DNA from: Chara braunii
Taxonomy: Eukaryota; Plantae; Charophyceae
Assembly: GCA_003427395.1 (NCBI GenBank)
Contig: BFEA01000031.1
Coordinates: 4,956,736 to 5,019,961, forward strand
DNA length: 63,226 nt
Direction: 5' to 3'
The notes beneath the pieces were generated by a model. That model saw only the letters and a list, made by a program, of their open reading frames with translations, was not told the DNA's origin and ran no database searches. Positions within the stretch are counted from its first letter, which is position 1; each line of letters begins with the position of its first letter. Both the position numbers and the translations under genes were made by a program. Shown one piece after another: positions 21,960 to 35,602 of this stretch.

Positions 21960-24900
21960 TAAGAACGATGGTTCCTTGGGTTGACAGACAGAAGGTGGGG
22001 CGAGGGATGAGGCAAACATGCGTTCCTATTTTCTATCAGACATCCCGCATCTCGGGTTTTTTGTTGTTTTCACTATGTGTGACTATGTGCATCGTACTAT
22101 GTGAGTGCTTGTGCGCTTTGATTGCCCTTCCGCAAACACTCAATAATTGTCAGAGGTTAGCTGCTCCGTTTTGGAGGTCAAAACCTGGTCAGTCTGTGAA
22201 GATCTGAGCAAGAAAGCGGAAAGACGACAGCAGGAGGATGTAAAAAAATAACCGTCCGATGTGGTGTGATCAAAGGCTTCACGAGCACGCTCAATCTCAT
22301 CTATGTGTAATCGTAGGGAACCTCCATGGAGATCGCTCTCTGTTGACTGATACATCAGTCGGTACGAAGCGTCGGAGAATCCACAGATTCAACAGGGGAT
22401 CTGGTGGCGATGTTTTTGGTTAAAGGGGAAGCCAAAAAACAAAAGCAAAAGGAGAAAGAAGAGCGGAAGAAGCAACAGAAACAAACTCAGGAGAAGAAGG
22501 AGAGAGAGAAATGCAAGTGTGAGAGTAACGCGAGATAACGACTTGAGAACGATTTGAGAACGATTTGAGAGTAGCGCTAATCATTGATATGCAACTGTCA
22601 CGAAGATGGGGTTTGCTACTTCAGGAACAGGGGATCGAGCACAAGCAAGAACGTAACTGGAGGAAGAAAATGCTACAACACAAACTAAGCGGACGACAAG
22701 TGGCGACTAAATCTGATATAAACAAAGAGATTGTGACAATAAGTGCGGAGATGGAAAGAATGAAACTAAACTCTGAATTATTTTCAGAAGAGGTAGAACC
22801 CGAGTCCCCAGATATTAATCCTCTGACATTAACTGCAAAAAAGATGTACAAAACAGCGAAAGGAAGGGGAAGACCACGGAAGACACTACCAATGAAACCT
22901 CACAACATCATCAAGGACATAATACCAGGAGTGGGCCTAGACGCGAGGGAACGTTATGTGCAAGAGGTGAAAGAAAAAATGGAAACACTTGATTACAAAA
23001 AGGTTAAGGAACCGTGTCAACACGATCAGGTACCGTACATCAAGAAGCAGCAAGCGATTGTCGACTTTGCTGGGCGGCGGACAGGCAAAACCTTTTGTCA
23101 TTGAAAGGCTACACCTTTACCATTTCTACCTCCAAGAGAGTCCAACAACTCTGACACAAAATCCTCATCCTGAGAAGTATCCGAAGAAAGTGATAGCGAT
23201 GGGTGCAACCACTGGACTATCCAACAATTGTGGGGACTTTGTCGTGGGTTAATCTGGGAGTGTAAGGAATATGTTGGACTTGATCATGAGTTGGTGGTGA
23301 ATTTGAGATTGGTTGTTTCTGCTCTTACTACAAGTGGTTGTATACTATGGGGGAGGAAATTCCTGCCTGACTGGATGACGTGGTTTCTCAATCGTGATGA
23401 GGGCTTGGACGTTGGAGAAATTTGTGTGTATGTCAGGATTTCAAGTTCCCCGTACTGCAAAGTAGTTTATATCGGAAAAAACAAGAAATATATCAATGTC
23501 TGATGGAGTGATCATGGTGGGAAATGTTGCCGGGAGGGTCCGAGAAATCACTTTCATCAATGACTACGAAGCTATGAATGGGATAAGTATGTTTTACTCC
23601 CAATTTTGAGCGTGACAGCAAAACAAATATCGGTAATTGAGGCCTATTATATTAATATTCGAGTTTAGTTCTAAATAGCACCGGATGTCGATCTACCAAT
23701 GCTCGACGCTGCGACGACGCATTAGGGAGGGAAGGAGAGAAAGGAGAAAGAAACAAGTACGTAAGCATAATAACTCGAGTCATATGTCATAGGAAGGCGT
23801 TGGTATTATCAAGTTCAGTGTGATCGAAGGACGAGCTAGTTTTCGTTTGAATAACTTGTTGCTGAAGTAGGATTGTCAATATGTTAGAATTTTTTGCTGA
23901 CATCTTGTGGAGGGAATGCTTGGTAAAGATGGGTAGAAACGGTTAGAAAGAGGTTTCGTTCAATGTGTGGTTATTTGCTCGGGCAAAACTAAGTTTCTGC
24001 TGGATTATAAATATTTTTTGAAGCAAGGAGGTATTGTTTAGATCATTAAGTTGCGTAAATGTAGAAGTGTCAATACTAAGGGCAGACGATATCTGATCTC
24101 CCTCCTTACGAACAAGAGTAAGCAAATCCTGAAATCTAAATGTAATTTTATTTTTTTTCTCAAACTTTTCCCCGTGGTTAAGGATTTCAGTATGAAGCTA
24201 ACTAGATCTCTGCTCAGACGCATCGTTAACAATGTTGCTAAGAATGGATATATCTTCGACTTATAGAAAAAATCCATTGCCAACATTTAGTTCAATGATC
24301 GAAACAATTTATGAGGGGTACGTAGACTTCTTGAAAGTAAGATAAACAACTTGCTGATTCCTGTAGCAGTCCGTGAGACCCCGAAGCGGAAAGTGGGAAA
24401 GGTCTAGACTAAAAAATCGTGAGTTATTGACATACTTCATAACCACAGACTTTATGTACGGTGGGAGGTTTCCACTTGCACTTGTGCAGGGGTTCCGCTT
24501 CCAAGGTACAAAGGACATGTGCGTTGCAGAATCTGGGATGATGTCCGACTTTTGTCGTTTCTGCACAATGCACGTAATATTTGGAGAGCACTGAATGTCA
24601 GCAAGATAAACCAATTACATCTCAGGTTATTAAAAGTCTGTTTCGTTTGGTCATTGGGTGGAGGTTTCCAGTTAGATTTTAGTGCAAAGGAAATCGCAGC
24701 CTGTATGAACTGCACTTTAAGCCATTCTGGTGAGTTGTCTGCAGATTAAAACTATGAGGTGAGGATATTGTACAAGAATCTAGTATTGGCACCGACAGAT
24801 CGAAACTCTGGGAAACTATCGTCCGCAGATTTGATTCTATATTCCTAAGAGTTTGCTAATACTGCTCTGAGTTTTGCTCAAGTTTGTTTCTCTCAGTTGA

Positions 24901-24960
24901 AGTTGGGTAATGGCCCCTGTACTTCTCAACTTTTCCTTCAAATATCTCTTAAGATCTTTA
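21960..24960 (+). mobile_element. Degenerate Penelope-like element remnant (GIY-YIG endonuclease N-terminal, truncated before the RT core)
   Basis: ORF 23228-23503 CVYVRISSSPYCKVVYIGK fits the GIY-YIG motif. Downstream fragments CAGVPLPRYKGHVRCR...FLHNARN and LVLAPTDRN. Upstream coiled-coil/AT-hook ORF 22565-23104 (KGRGRPRK). Confidence 0.6.
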
Positions 24961-27900
24961 GAAAGGACGTTGGGCTCGGTTCCCATCCGTGCTGCTTCCC
25001 CACGAACATATTGAAGCTTTGTCCCTTAAAAAAAAAAAAAAAAAGGTGTGGCGAGCCTCTAAGTGATCATGAACTTGTCGCAAGTCCGCTTGTTGCCCTG
25101 GATACAGAGGACCGAAATGGATCCTTGGGACAAGTTGGCATGTCATGCTTGCAACAGGCTCTGGATCACGGTTGCAAAGTGGGTATTTTACCTCGAAATC
25201 TGAACATGGGGAACATCTCCGAAAAAGATGAACATGGGGAACGTCTCACGAGAAGATGCAGACGAGGAAACACTAGAAATGAATGCAGACGAACAAGCGG
25301 ACCACCATGCAATCCCATGGATGAATAAACACTTGGGGGTGATTTCATTTCCCCCTAAGGATGAAAACCCAATCCCGCTCAATCTTTTTTTATTAGGGAA
25401 ACAATGCGGGGGTCACAAAAATGAGTAATAATTGCACTACAAGGCCATGGGCCAAGATACAGTTTCCGAATGCAGTTCGGGCAATGTATACAACCTAACT
25501 TTCAGGCAAGATAAGGTGCTTCGAGCCGAAGTGCAATTGCAAACTGTATCTTGCCCCAATGCCCCATAGTGCAATAATAATTTTTTTCTGTTACTCTATT
25601 TTTTTTTTACCAACCACATAAACGCAACCCTTTTTTTTTCCTTTAAAAAAAAAAAAAAAATTTGCGAGTCGTCCATCTCCACGGTGTTGAGTGAACCCCC
25701 GAAATCGAGGCCTTGACTGTCAGTCTGCTCTATTATTTGGTGGGGAGCAACCCTTTTTGGAGACCGGATCCACCGTCTCTTGGATACGGCAATTAAACAC
25801 TTTGTATTCCTTTCCTCTGGTTTTTGAGGCTGTAACCTATACTTTTCCTATGTTGGAGCTCAGTTTTCCCCTGGGGCTGCATGCGTTACCCATCCCAGTC
25901 CGAAGCTCTCTACTTTCCACTTTAGACTGAGATGGAGGAGGGTAGGGTGACATCATGACAAACGCCACCCCCCAAGGCTTTGATCTGAGCAGCTTTATTG
26001 TACAGTACCAGAATCCTACAGACTGGCAGATCGAAAAACGAGGTCCCTAGCAAGTGTGGCCATTGCAAAGCGGGGAGTGGTCCTGTTGGTGGACCTTCAG
26101 GGATCGACAGGAGACTTTCAGGTTAATGTTGTCAAGCAAGCCAGCCTCCGTCGGATGCTGTCATTAATGGTTACCCCATTGGCAGTGTGAGTGATCGGAA
26201 GAGACATGGACATAGCACAGGGTTGCTCGCGCCTATGTTCCCCCCAGGCCGGGCCGGCCGCGAATTTTTGGTCGAGGCCGCGACCGATCGAGGAGGCGGT
26301 TTTGGGAGCGGGGAGCGGGTTTACGGTGGGGGGGCACCCCCTCGAAGTGGCAGACCGTCAAAAAAATAAAAAACGGGGGGGTCCTACACATGGGCCTGAA
26401 AGGGCGGACCGGGAAAATTCGTTCGTCCCCCGAGTGGTGTTTCGTCGATGCAGGTGCGCAGGGAAGAGGGTCAGGAACACATGGGAAAAAAAAATATATA
26501 TATTTGACCCCTGCGGGGGCGGGTTAACGGGGGTTGGATGGGGGTTGGATGTGGGTTGGGTTGGGGCGGGCAGGGCGGGCGAGTCAGGTGGGGGTTGGGC
26601 GGGGGTGGGGATGGCAGACCCCAGGCAGCTCAGGGCCTCAGGCAGGCGTCAATTTCATTTGTGAGGGTGTCGAAAGTTCGTGAATTTTTTTGAAACAGCA
26701 CATTCATAGGAATCATAGGTCAAACCCTATTTCGCATACCAAGGTCACAAAACATTCACAATGAATCACAATGCGGGCAACCATAAGTCGTAAACAATGT
26801 TAACAGGCAATTGTGTCACAGTGTGTGTTCATTCATGAGGCTGGTGAAAGTTCGCGAAACAACACATTCATTAGCATATCATCCCTGTTTGGCATACGGA
26901 ATTCACAACACATTCATAATGGGGGCAACCATGACATGCATGTGCGTGGCATCCGACAAAGACACGATTTGCAACATTGCGACAACAATACCCGCTGTGT
27001 CGGGGACATTTACGACAACAAACCAGAAACCGCTCGACTCATATGCAAAACCAAGGCTGGAAGAGGAACATGAAGAAGAACAAATCAGTGACAAAGCATT
27101 TCAATGGAAATGCGTATGTACAAGGCCAAAGCCAAAAACCGCACCCCTCAACACCATCGTCTCTACCGTAATACCGAGCAGCTAAAAAAAAAAAAAAAAA
27201 AACCTAACGCCCACATAATGTCGTCATCTCCATGGAACAACATCAATATAAATATGGAACTACCCTGCAAAAAAAATGTCCAGCCAAAAAAAAAAAAAGT
27301 AATGAAATAAAAAAAACACCACTGACGCCGTCATCTGCTCCCAGAAGAGCGGCCCGTGCCCCTCCCTGTCGGAGGACGCGTGCAGCCTCTCCCGGAGGAC
27401 GATCGACCATGCTGTCCTCCCGGGCGCCCTCCTCTCCTTCTGGCACCTGTGCCCTCCACACCACTGATGTATGCCGCCTGTCCTGCAGCGTCTGTCGCGG
27501 CCACGGCCGCTCTGCGTCTGCGGACCACACTCTAGAGCGGCTCGGACTCTGTGTCTGCGTCCTCGTCCTCGACCGCCTATGCAGGAACCGTATCTCGCTG
27601 CCTCTGAATCGCGTCCAACGCTGCCTGGTCGGCGGTGACCTCTGCTGCGAGTCGAGCCTCCACTTTTGTAATGCCGCGGTGTCGTTTCGTCCCGGGACGC
27701 ATCAACAACCCCTCCTCGCCCGATGTGTGCAGTTGTCCCTAATGCATGTCCGTCGATGTCCCTGCGGCCTGGAGGACCAATGATCTCCTCGTCGCCGCTC
27801 GTGACAAACCGAGCATGCGGCCTGCCATGTGAAGGCTCGAATGTCCGGACCCACCCTCCGCAGCCTGCGTCTGATCTGGCAAACGTCCCGCGAAGACGCC

Positions 27901-29649
27901 CCTTCCGACATCATAGTCCGCCCTCAAGTGGTCCCCGACCCGTCGATGAGCTAACCATCCGCCGCCAACACCGCCTCGGACCGGCGGCGGGGAAGCGCCG
28001 CTGTGCGCAACTCCGGATATCGGCGTCTTGTCGTCGGCGTCGACCCCCGGCTCTGCGGCCCGTGCGGGTGGTGGAGGCATCAATCCTGCACATCCGCCGC
28101 CATCACTACGTCGGCCCGACCCGACCTCAACCGCCCCGGACTCCCTCCCTCTCACGTCGCTGAGCGACGAACCCGGCCATCGAGGGCTCTGCACTACGTA
28201 CGGCGGCGGTGAATATGCCCCCTAAGTGGGCCGTCTCTCGCCACTCCTGCGACCCATATGTGGGAAAGGGTCCTCTGTCAGCGCCTGCGCCAAAGCGTCG
28301 GCGTTAAATAAAGCGTGCGCTCTATCGTCAGGGCGGAGGGGGGGGACTGTGGGGTCCCTCAAGACCAAGGCGAGCCAATACGCATCGTCCTCGCGACCGT
28401 AGTCGTCGTCATCATCTCCGTCGGGTCCATCGTCTCCCCCACCACCCGCGTCGGCACCCTGTCCCTCGTCAGCTGCGGTATCCCCATCTCCACCGGGTCC
28501 ACCCTCTCCCCCGCCACACACGGCGGCACCCTATCCCTCATCACCCGCGGTCTCGCCGTCGCCACCGCCTCCACCAGGGGGAGATCGTCCGCCCGCGGCG
28601 ACATCCCGTCCCTCGTCACCCGATGTGTCGCTCTTGCCATCGCCACCCACGTCCATATCGTCACTGATTCCACCCTCTCGCAAGTCTGCCTCCATCGTCG
28701 GCGTCAAAGCCGCCCCACCCTCCTGTCTCCAAGTCCCTATGTCGGCTCTGCTCCTCTAGGTACGCGAACCGACCCTCCCATCCTGCCAAAGTCAGCAGCC
28801 GCTCCTCCTCTCGGTCCAGGCGGGCATCCCGCTCCTCCTCGGTCTCAACACGGCCCCGCAAATCGAAGTTGTCGGTACGCACCTCCGACGGTGAGGCATG
28901 TCAACGTCCCGGGGCGCTGAAATCCCCCAAGCCCCCACCTGTGTGTCCGACGTCAAAGTCGTTTCTACAGAGCTCCGACGGCGAGCGGGGGCGGATACCA
29001 GAGCCCGAAGGAGTCCTCTCCCCCTCACGCTCCTCGTTCTCATACGTCCGCTCTCTCCCTGCTGTCGACGCCATCCTCTCTGAAGGCCTAAGTGCCTCGG
29101 GCGGTGTAGTGGTCCGATGATGGGAGGGAGAGTAGCGACGATCCTGACGGGGCACCTCCTCCTCCTCGGCCTCCCTCTCGTGCTCGCTGTCGCTCCTAAC
29201 CTCCCAACGCCTGCCCGTCATCCGAAGGCCTCCTCGTGGCTCCAGCTCCAACACGTCGGCCGCACTCGGACGTCGTCCACGACGACCACCACCTCTGCCG
29301 GTGCCACTGGCCTGTCCGATCGACGACACATCATCAGTGATGACCGATGTGTGTGAATCCATGCCGTCAGGTCCTCCACCGTAAGTGAAGTACACCCGCT
29401 CTGTCGTCGTGTCGCCACTAACGGGCGCGTCATCATCATCGGTCCACTCGTCGCAAGGGTCGCCGCCATCTGCATCACTATCTGGACCGTCGCCGACCGC
29501 CTCTGGCCACGGTCGCAGCTCCGTCGCCCTCTGGCCGAACACGTCCTGAACTGCACGGGCTCTGGATAGTCGGCTATCATGGAAAGCGACGACCTGCTGC
29601 TGGATCGCCTGCTCGCGAACAATGCCTGCAGGTCGTGCTCCCCACACCT

Positions 29650-31952
29650 CGGGCTCCACGTCTTCTCCCGACCGGTCCCCTGAACCCGTGGCAACACGTA
29701 GCCACCACCTTGCTGTGTGAACGCGGCCAGTTTGAGATTGGTGGCAATCTCAACCTGCTGTGCAAGCTTGGCAAACCCAAGCTTGCAGCGCCTCGCCGTG
29801 TTGATGCGCTCGTGCTGCGCCCAGTTCCTCTCTGCTGGAGAGGCAGACGTCCACAAGTGCATGACACGGATGACGATGGTGCGCAACTCTGGGTGGTGAC
29901 ATCCATGGGCAAACCACCACGCCGCACAACGCTCGGTCTCGTGGTATCTCCTACAATCGTTCGCCTCGGCATCGGACAACTGTCGATCTCCTCGCCTCGA
30001 ATGGAAATGCCTCATCTGGTCGCGAACGGTCCTATACAGTCTGTTGACCAGATCTACGCCAGTCTGTGCGAGGAGAAATTTGTCGCAGTCCTCGACCACA
30101 CGGGCGTCGTCACTGGTCGTCTGCAATGACTCGTAATATCGAAGGGACTGTCGACGAGGGTTGAGGAGGTGTGCCGCGGCATTTGCGGGCTCGAGCATGT
30201 GGAGGTTGCAGATAGCAACCTCACGCACACACGGCTCGATCATGTCCGTCGGCACTTCGACCCTCCTCATCAGCTACAGCACATGCTGACTCCAGTCGTG
30301 AACGATGGACATCATCATCCGCCCCCTATCCATCCTCCGCAGCAGCTGGTGGACGGGCTCCATGACACGGATGGCGTAGTCGACACATCGCCAAAACTTC
30401 CTGTCGCAGATCTGTTGCTGCACCCACTGCGCCTGGGCGACAAGCCTGCGCTCCAACGGGATGCGTGCCCAAGCATCCCCGTGCTGCATGCTCTCCAGTG
30501 CGTCTCGTCGGCCTTTGAGACACGTCAGCATCAGAAAAATCGATGCGAACCGTGTCTCGACGGGCTCGACGAGCTGAACGCGAGAGCTCACCTTCCTAAA
30601 CAGGGCGTGAGCAGCGCCGTGCCATCAAATAAATCGCACTAATGCTCGTGCACGGATGATAGTGTCCTTGACCCACCCCACTCGCGTTCTGATATCTGAC
30701 AATATCAAGTTGCAGACATGGGAGGAGCAGTGAAGCCAAGTGATCCTCCTGATGGAAGGGTCCTCGTCTGTGGCGAATCTGCGCGCCGCCGCCATATAGT
30801 AACTGGCGGATTCTATGCAGAAGCCGATCACGTCCTTTGCAGGAAAGGACAAGATGATGGCCCGCCACCTGCGGTACACGATATCCGCAGTGTCACGGAC
30901 AGACCCGTCACGTGCGACGGTGGCGTACAGCAGGGCACCGTTGGCACCCCCGGCAAGGAAGTTCACGAGCGGCTTGCCGCTGCGCGACTTCCTCCCGTCC
31001 GAGAGGATGGTGGCACCGGTGTGCCGGAAAGCTGAGCGCACCTCGCTCACCATCGACGCCACCTTCCCCCTCTGTGAAGGGATCCCGGTGGCCGTTCTGA
31101 CCCTGTACATGGAAACCGGAACTGAACTGTTCGCGACACTCCTTCTGTTGCCCGCCGAACCCTCTGGATCTCCGGACCTCGGAAGGCGTTGAATGCCAAC
31201 CCCTTCGCGTAGATCCACTACAGCCACGCGTCATGGAACTCGGCCAACTTCTCCTTGTCCTACATCTCGTCGATCGTCGTCTGTCGAGCCTTCTTCTCCC
31301 TGGCCGTCTCTCGCTCCTCGACGTCGCCCTCCCCCACCTTCCTCTTCTCCCTCCTTGCGCGGTCCAACTCAAGTCGTGGTGCCCTAGGAGCGGGACCCGC
31401 TCAACCGACGCCTCTCGACGTCATCACCACCTCCTCCCTGGCAGGTCAGGGTCTGTGACTGCCTCATCAGCCGTCCCCCCCTCCCAAACCCCACCCTCGA
31501 GACCCTCCTCCTCATCGAGGGCGTCCTGAATCTCGTCCCTCTCTCCCTCGTCCATCCGCTGTTGCTGCCGACCCGCAACCTCTCTCGTGTCCCATACCCC
31601 CTCGTCAGCCATCCACCTCTGCACCCGCCGAGCAGTCGCGGGCTTGAATGTGTAGTCCATGTGGTTCCATATTTCCGCGAGAACTCTCATCCCCGCAGCC
31701 TTGCAGTACTTGGCCTGCGTGAAATGGCGCGCGACCTTACATGCATTCCCCTGAAACAAGTGGCCGCAAAAGTTGCAACGCAACATTCGGTCCCCATGCA
31801 TCTTCGCCAGGTTCCCCACATGCTGTCCCACGGTGACAAAGTTCCACACCAAGTTCCCACGCCTCAACTTCGCCATCTCCCTCTCAGACTGCGTGATGAA
31901 CCCCCCACCCGCAGACCCCCCCGTACCGCTGGTCCCTGCACCCCCCATCATT
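29650..31952 (-). pseudogene. hAT transposase (BED finger, DUF659-type core, C-terminal dimerisation domain), fragmented
   Basis: VWNFV...LRCNFCGHLFQGNACKVARHF; GATILSDGRKSRSGKPLVNFL; WLHCSSHVCNLILSDI; PVETRFAS; WWFAHG..HPELRTIVIRVMHLWTSASPAERNWAQHERI..ARRCKL, spread over several frames. Confidence 0.9.
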
Positions 31953-32334
31953 GTTCCCTGACTCAAAGCGTCGCAGTTGTCGTGTCGTCCGTCGATGTCG
32001 TCGTTCCCGGTGCTCCGTCGATGAATGGCCTCGACGCCGCTGCAGCCTCCGCGGGCCCCGATGTCGCAGCCCTCCTCGACCTGGCCGTTCTCGGCCCCTT
32101 CAGGCCATTCGAGTACCCGACCACGATCGGCCGAGTTCGGCCCCGATCGGCCGAGGTCGGCCGCAATCAGCCTCAATCGGTCGTGCTCAGCCGCGATCGG
32201 CCGCGACCTGGCACTAAATTTGCCGCGCGTGGAAAAAGGCCGCGCGGCGATGGTGCCCGCCGACGACCTCGCGCTGGGCGATGGCAGCTTAGCAGCGGTG
32301 ACCACCTGCGATGGTGCGCCGCGGACCCGCGCAA

Positions 32335-32426
32335 AGAAGAAGAAGAAGAAGAAGAAGAAGAAGAAGAATAAGACGAAGAAGAAGAGGGAGAAGATCTCTC
32401 TCTCTCGCGCGCGCGTGCGCGCAAGC

Positions 32427-32487
<61 letters not shown>

Positions 32488-32772
32488 NNNNNNNNNNNNN
32501 NNNNNNNNNNNNNNNNNNNNNNNNNNNNNNNNNNNNNNNNNNNNNNNNNNNNNNNNNNNNNNNNNNNNNNNNNNNNNNNNNNNNNNNNNNNNNNNNNNNN
32601 NNNNNNNNNNNNNNNNNNNNNNNNNNNNNNNNNNNNNNNNNNNNNNNNNNNNNNNNNNNNNNNNNNNNNNNNNNNNNNNNNNNNNNNNNNNNNNNNNNNN
32701 NNNNNNNNNNNNNNNNNNNNNNNNNNNNNNNNNNNNNNNNNNNNNNNTCTCTCTCTCTCTCTCTCTCTCTCT
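32335..32772. repeat. (GAA)n and (TC)n microsatellites spanning an N gap
   Basis: Directly visible. Confidence 0.95.
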
Positions 32773-33446
32773 CGCTCTCGCTCTTTCTCTGTGAGTGTGC
32801 AAGCAGATAGGGCGGCAGCCTAACGGCAACAGCAAGAATTGTTGCCGCCTCAGATAAATGGCAGCATTTATCTGAAACGGCAACAGATTTGTCGTGGTCC
32901 GGGCCTGAACCCACCGCCCCCCACACCCAGTGCCCACAGAGTGCCCCCACCCAGTGGCACTGAAACAAGGCCGAAACGGGCCCGCGGGCCTTTTTTTTTT
33001 TTTTTTTTTTTGGTTCCGTTTTTTTTTTTTCCACGCGGCACGGAATGTCGGACACGAAAAACAAAATATGGGCGTGCAGGGCTTTTTCAGCCGTAGTCAC
33101 CCATATTTATATATTTTTTTCCGACGTGAAAAATCGAAAAAAAATTGTTGCACCGAACTCGGCTGGTCGGTCGTGGCCGAACCCGGCCGATTTGGCCGAC
33201 AGCCAAAGCCGAGGCCGACTTGACCCCCCCGGCCACGGCCGGGCGTGCAACATAGGCTCGCGCTACTTCACTTGGCAGTTCGAGTCCACCGGATACCTTT
33301 GTCAAGACTGTTGGGCACTCAGAAGGGTATGAAGATGGTGAGCTCAGCAGTGGGCTCAATTGGGAGGGGAGGATGTTGTGTAAGACAAGCGTTGGGTACT
33401 TGTGGGATTTGTCAGAGAGGACCACTCGGGGAAGAAGGGTTGGCCT

Positions 33447-35602
33447 TGTGACAATCTCTTACATGTAAGAATGCCATCTTCTACGTAGTTGTACTGAGGA
33501 GGTTGGAGAAGAGAGAGAGGTGGGAAGGGGGGGCGTGGGGGGGGCCAATTGCACTAATGCCCCTGTTCTTTCTAGAAAGTTGAGACCACGACGATTGGGA
33601 GGACACGCTATAGCGAGTACGAAAAATAGTGATTGACGCAGCGTTTTTTTTTTTTTTTTTTTTATCACGGAACTGGGCGGGGATATTTTGGTGCGGTTAC
33701 TGCACAGAGAAGTTTCTTGAATTTCTTTTTGAATTTTGAACTGACACAGGTTCTCATAATTTCTTATTGCAGTTAGGATTTTAATTAGGCTAGGAATTTG
33801 TGAGGATCGTAATTTTGTCTGTAATGGCACAGGGCTCTCTACTCGTGCACGCATAAGTGCGTATTGCTCTACACCCTGCTTCCGCAGCGCCCTACATTTG
33901 AATCGCAATTGTAAGCGCTTCTTTCTTTTTCTTGGCGAGCGCAGACGTAACTGTAATCCTCGCCGTTCTTAATCTCTTCTCTTTCTTTTTGCCACACTGA
34001 ATTTTTTTTTTGCCTCTCTCCCGTCTGTCTCATTGGCTTACAAGTGCATGACTGGATCGATGCGTGGAGTGCGGCTACATCGCCCACAACGCAGGTCCCT
34101 CGTGCACCCGAAGGCACTCCCTCCTTCTCACTTCGTCCTGGGTAAGCATAATCCGAAATTACCTCGCCCAACTACTGACTGCTATAAAGCTCGCAAGCGC
34201 GACTAATTCACTCTCTAATCTACACTTGGGAGTTAGCGCGATCGAGAGGATCAGCTAACGAGCGGAGACAGGAAGGTTGGGTATGCGGGGTTGACATGTG
34301 TCCACGAAGGACGGTGGCATAAGGGCGAATCTGGCTTGCATACTCGGACCAAGCGGGGTGACAACTTCGGGTTGTTGATCGGTGTGAGGCGACGGACTGT
34401 CCGCATCGTGGGAACGTTGAGAGAGAGAGAGAGAGCGATGGAGAGAAGACGGTGTGCTGAAAAGGGAATTGTTTTCTTCGCATCCTCTGTGCAATTTTGA
34501 TCTCCCGCTTCGGCGTTCTCCATTGTGGCACTTTCTGGACTTTCCTATCTTTTCTTCGATTGATGTATGAAGCATTTTTATCTTCCCCACCTCTTCGTTT
34601 TGATTGTCTGAAGGATTGTTGTTGTAGAAACAAGGGCGCAAGAAATAAACGGCTTGCGGAAGTGTGAAGATACGTATGTGAATCCGCCCACTTGTGACAT
34701 AATAATGCCCTTGTGATGATCGGACGTGACGACAGTTGTCCCGTATACGAGTGTTTGCCTGACTCGGCACCTCCTCTCGTTGCACAGTCAAATGTATGAG
34801 TCAAGCCCCCCTTGCCCAACATGGATGTCCGCCTGCCATTCTGGATCATGGACCGTGCCTGTCTGAGGACCCCGAGTACAGGGAATACTGGGGTAACAAA
34901 CAACTCTTTCGCCGATCGAAATTACGACTTCCAGTTTACTACTGTCAAACGGAGGACGATCGGCAGTGTGCTCGGGACTTTCACCAGGCCCTTGGACGGA
35001 ATTCCCGAACCCGAGATTACCCCAACGCCCGTAATTATCATTACCATCTTACATTGGGGTTCGATGTCATTGAAACCGACTTCCCTCTATTCTATCTCCT
35101 TTTCCCCTATCACCATCTGACGGTAGTTCCCTGGGATTCGATCGCGCAATGCTGGCCCCGGAGGCCGTGTTTTGAGTGCTATCAGTACAACACTTACCGG
35201 GCGGTGGGATTCGTACAATGGACCCGCTTTGAAGCTGAGCACCGAGAACACAGTCTCTGGCTGACGCCGTCCACGTCAGACTCGGAGATTTGTGAAACTC
35301 GCCGCCGACAGGTGTTTGAACAGAGAGACACCCGGTGTGTTCCATCAGTGCACCAGTTGCGAACTTGTCCGAGGCGACGGGGCCAGTGAAATTAGTCATT
35401 CGACCCTGAGAAAAGGCAAAACCCTAGACCCGGCCCTGCACAGAAACCGCTTTTCCATCCCCGAACCTTGACACAGGAGATCTCAAGTCCGACCTGGGAC
35501 TCCACCCGACCTCCCTAAACTCCTTGGCACACCCCTACTACGCATTTCTCCCCTATCACTCCGAAAACGGGAAGTCGTGTTGGGCGTGTGGTGGGCATCA
35601 CA
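33447..35602 (+). mobile_element. Solo LTR (2156 bp), distant relative of the 9993-12455 LTR
   Basis: TGTGAC...ATCACA termini. Flanks GGCCT/GCCCT (5-bp TSD with 1 mismatch). TATAAA at 34183. The 3' end gatctcaagtccgacctgggactccaccc...gaagtcgtgttgggcgtg is shared with the other LTRs. Confidence 0.85.
34796..35389 (+). CDS. LTR-encoded Cys-containing protein of unknown function (197 aa, open)
   Basis: Amino-acid similarity and an excess of third-position differences against the disrupted homologous frames at ~1740-2116 and ~11690-12070. Confidence 0.6.
   Translation: MSQAPLAQHGCPPAILDHGPCLSEDPEYREYWGNKQLFRRSKLRLPVYYCQTEDDRQCARDFHQALGRNSRTRDYPNARNYHYHLTLGFDVIETDFPLFYLLFPYHHLTVVPWDSIAQCWPRRPCFECYQYNTYRAVGFVQWTRFEAEHREHSLWLTPSTSDSEICETRRRQVFEQRDTRCVPSVHQLRTCPRRRGQ

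Larger units (their letters stand above)
26233..33255 (-). mobile_element. hAT DNA transposon, 7.0 kb, transposase degenerate
   Basis: 8-bp TSD GCTCGCGC at 26225-26232 and 33256-33263. Termini CTATGTT...AACATAG. GGCCG-rich subterminal repeats. Confidence 0.93.

Noticed and set aside
27232-29650. Numerous overlapping GC-rich ORFs
   Set aside because: Low-complexity hAT interior, probably the transposase C-terminal extension; no independent gene can be supported.
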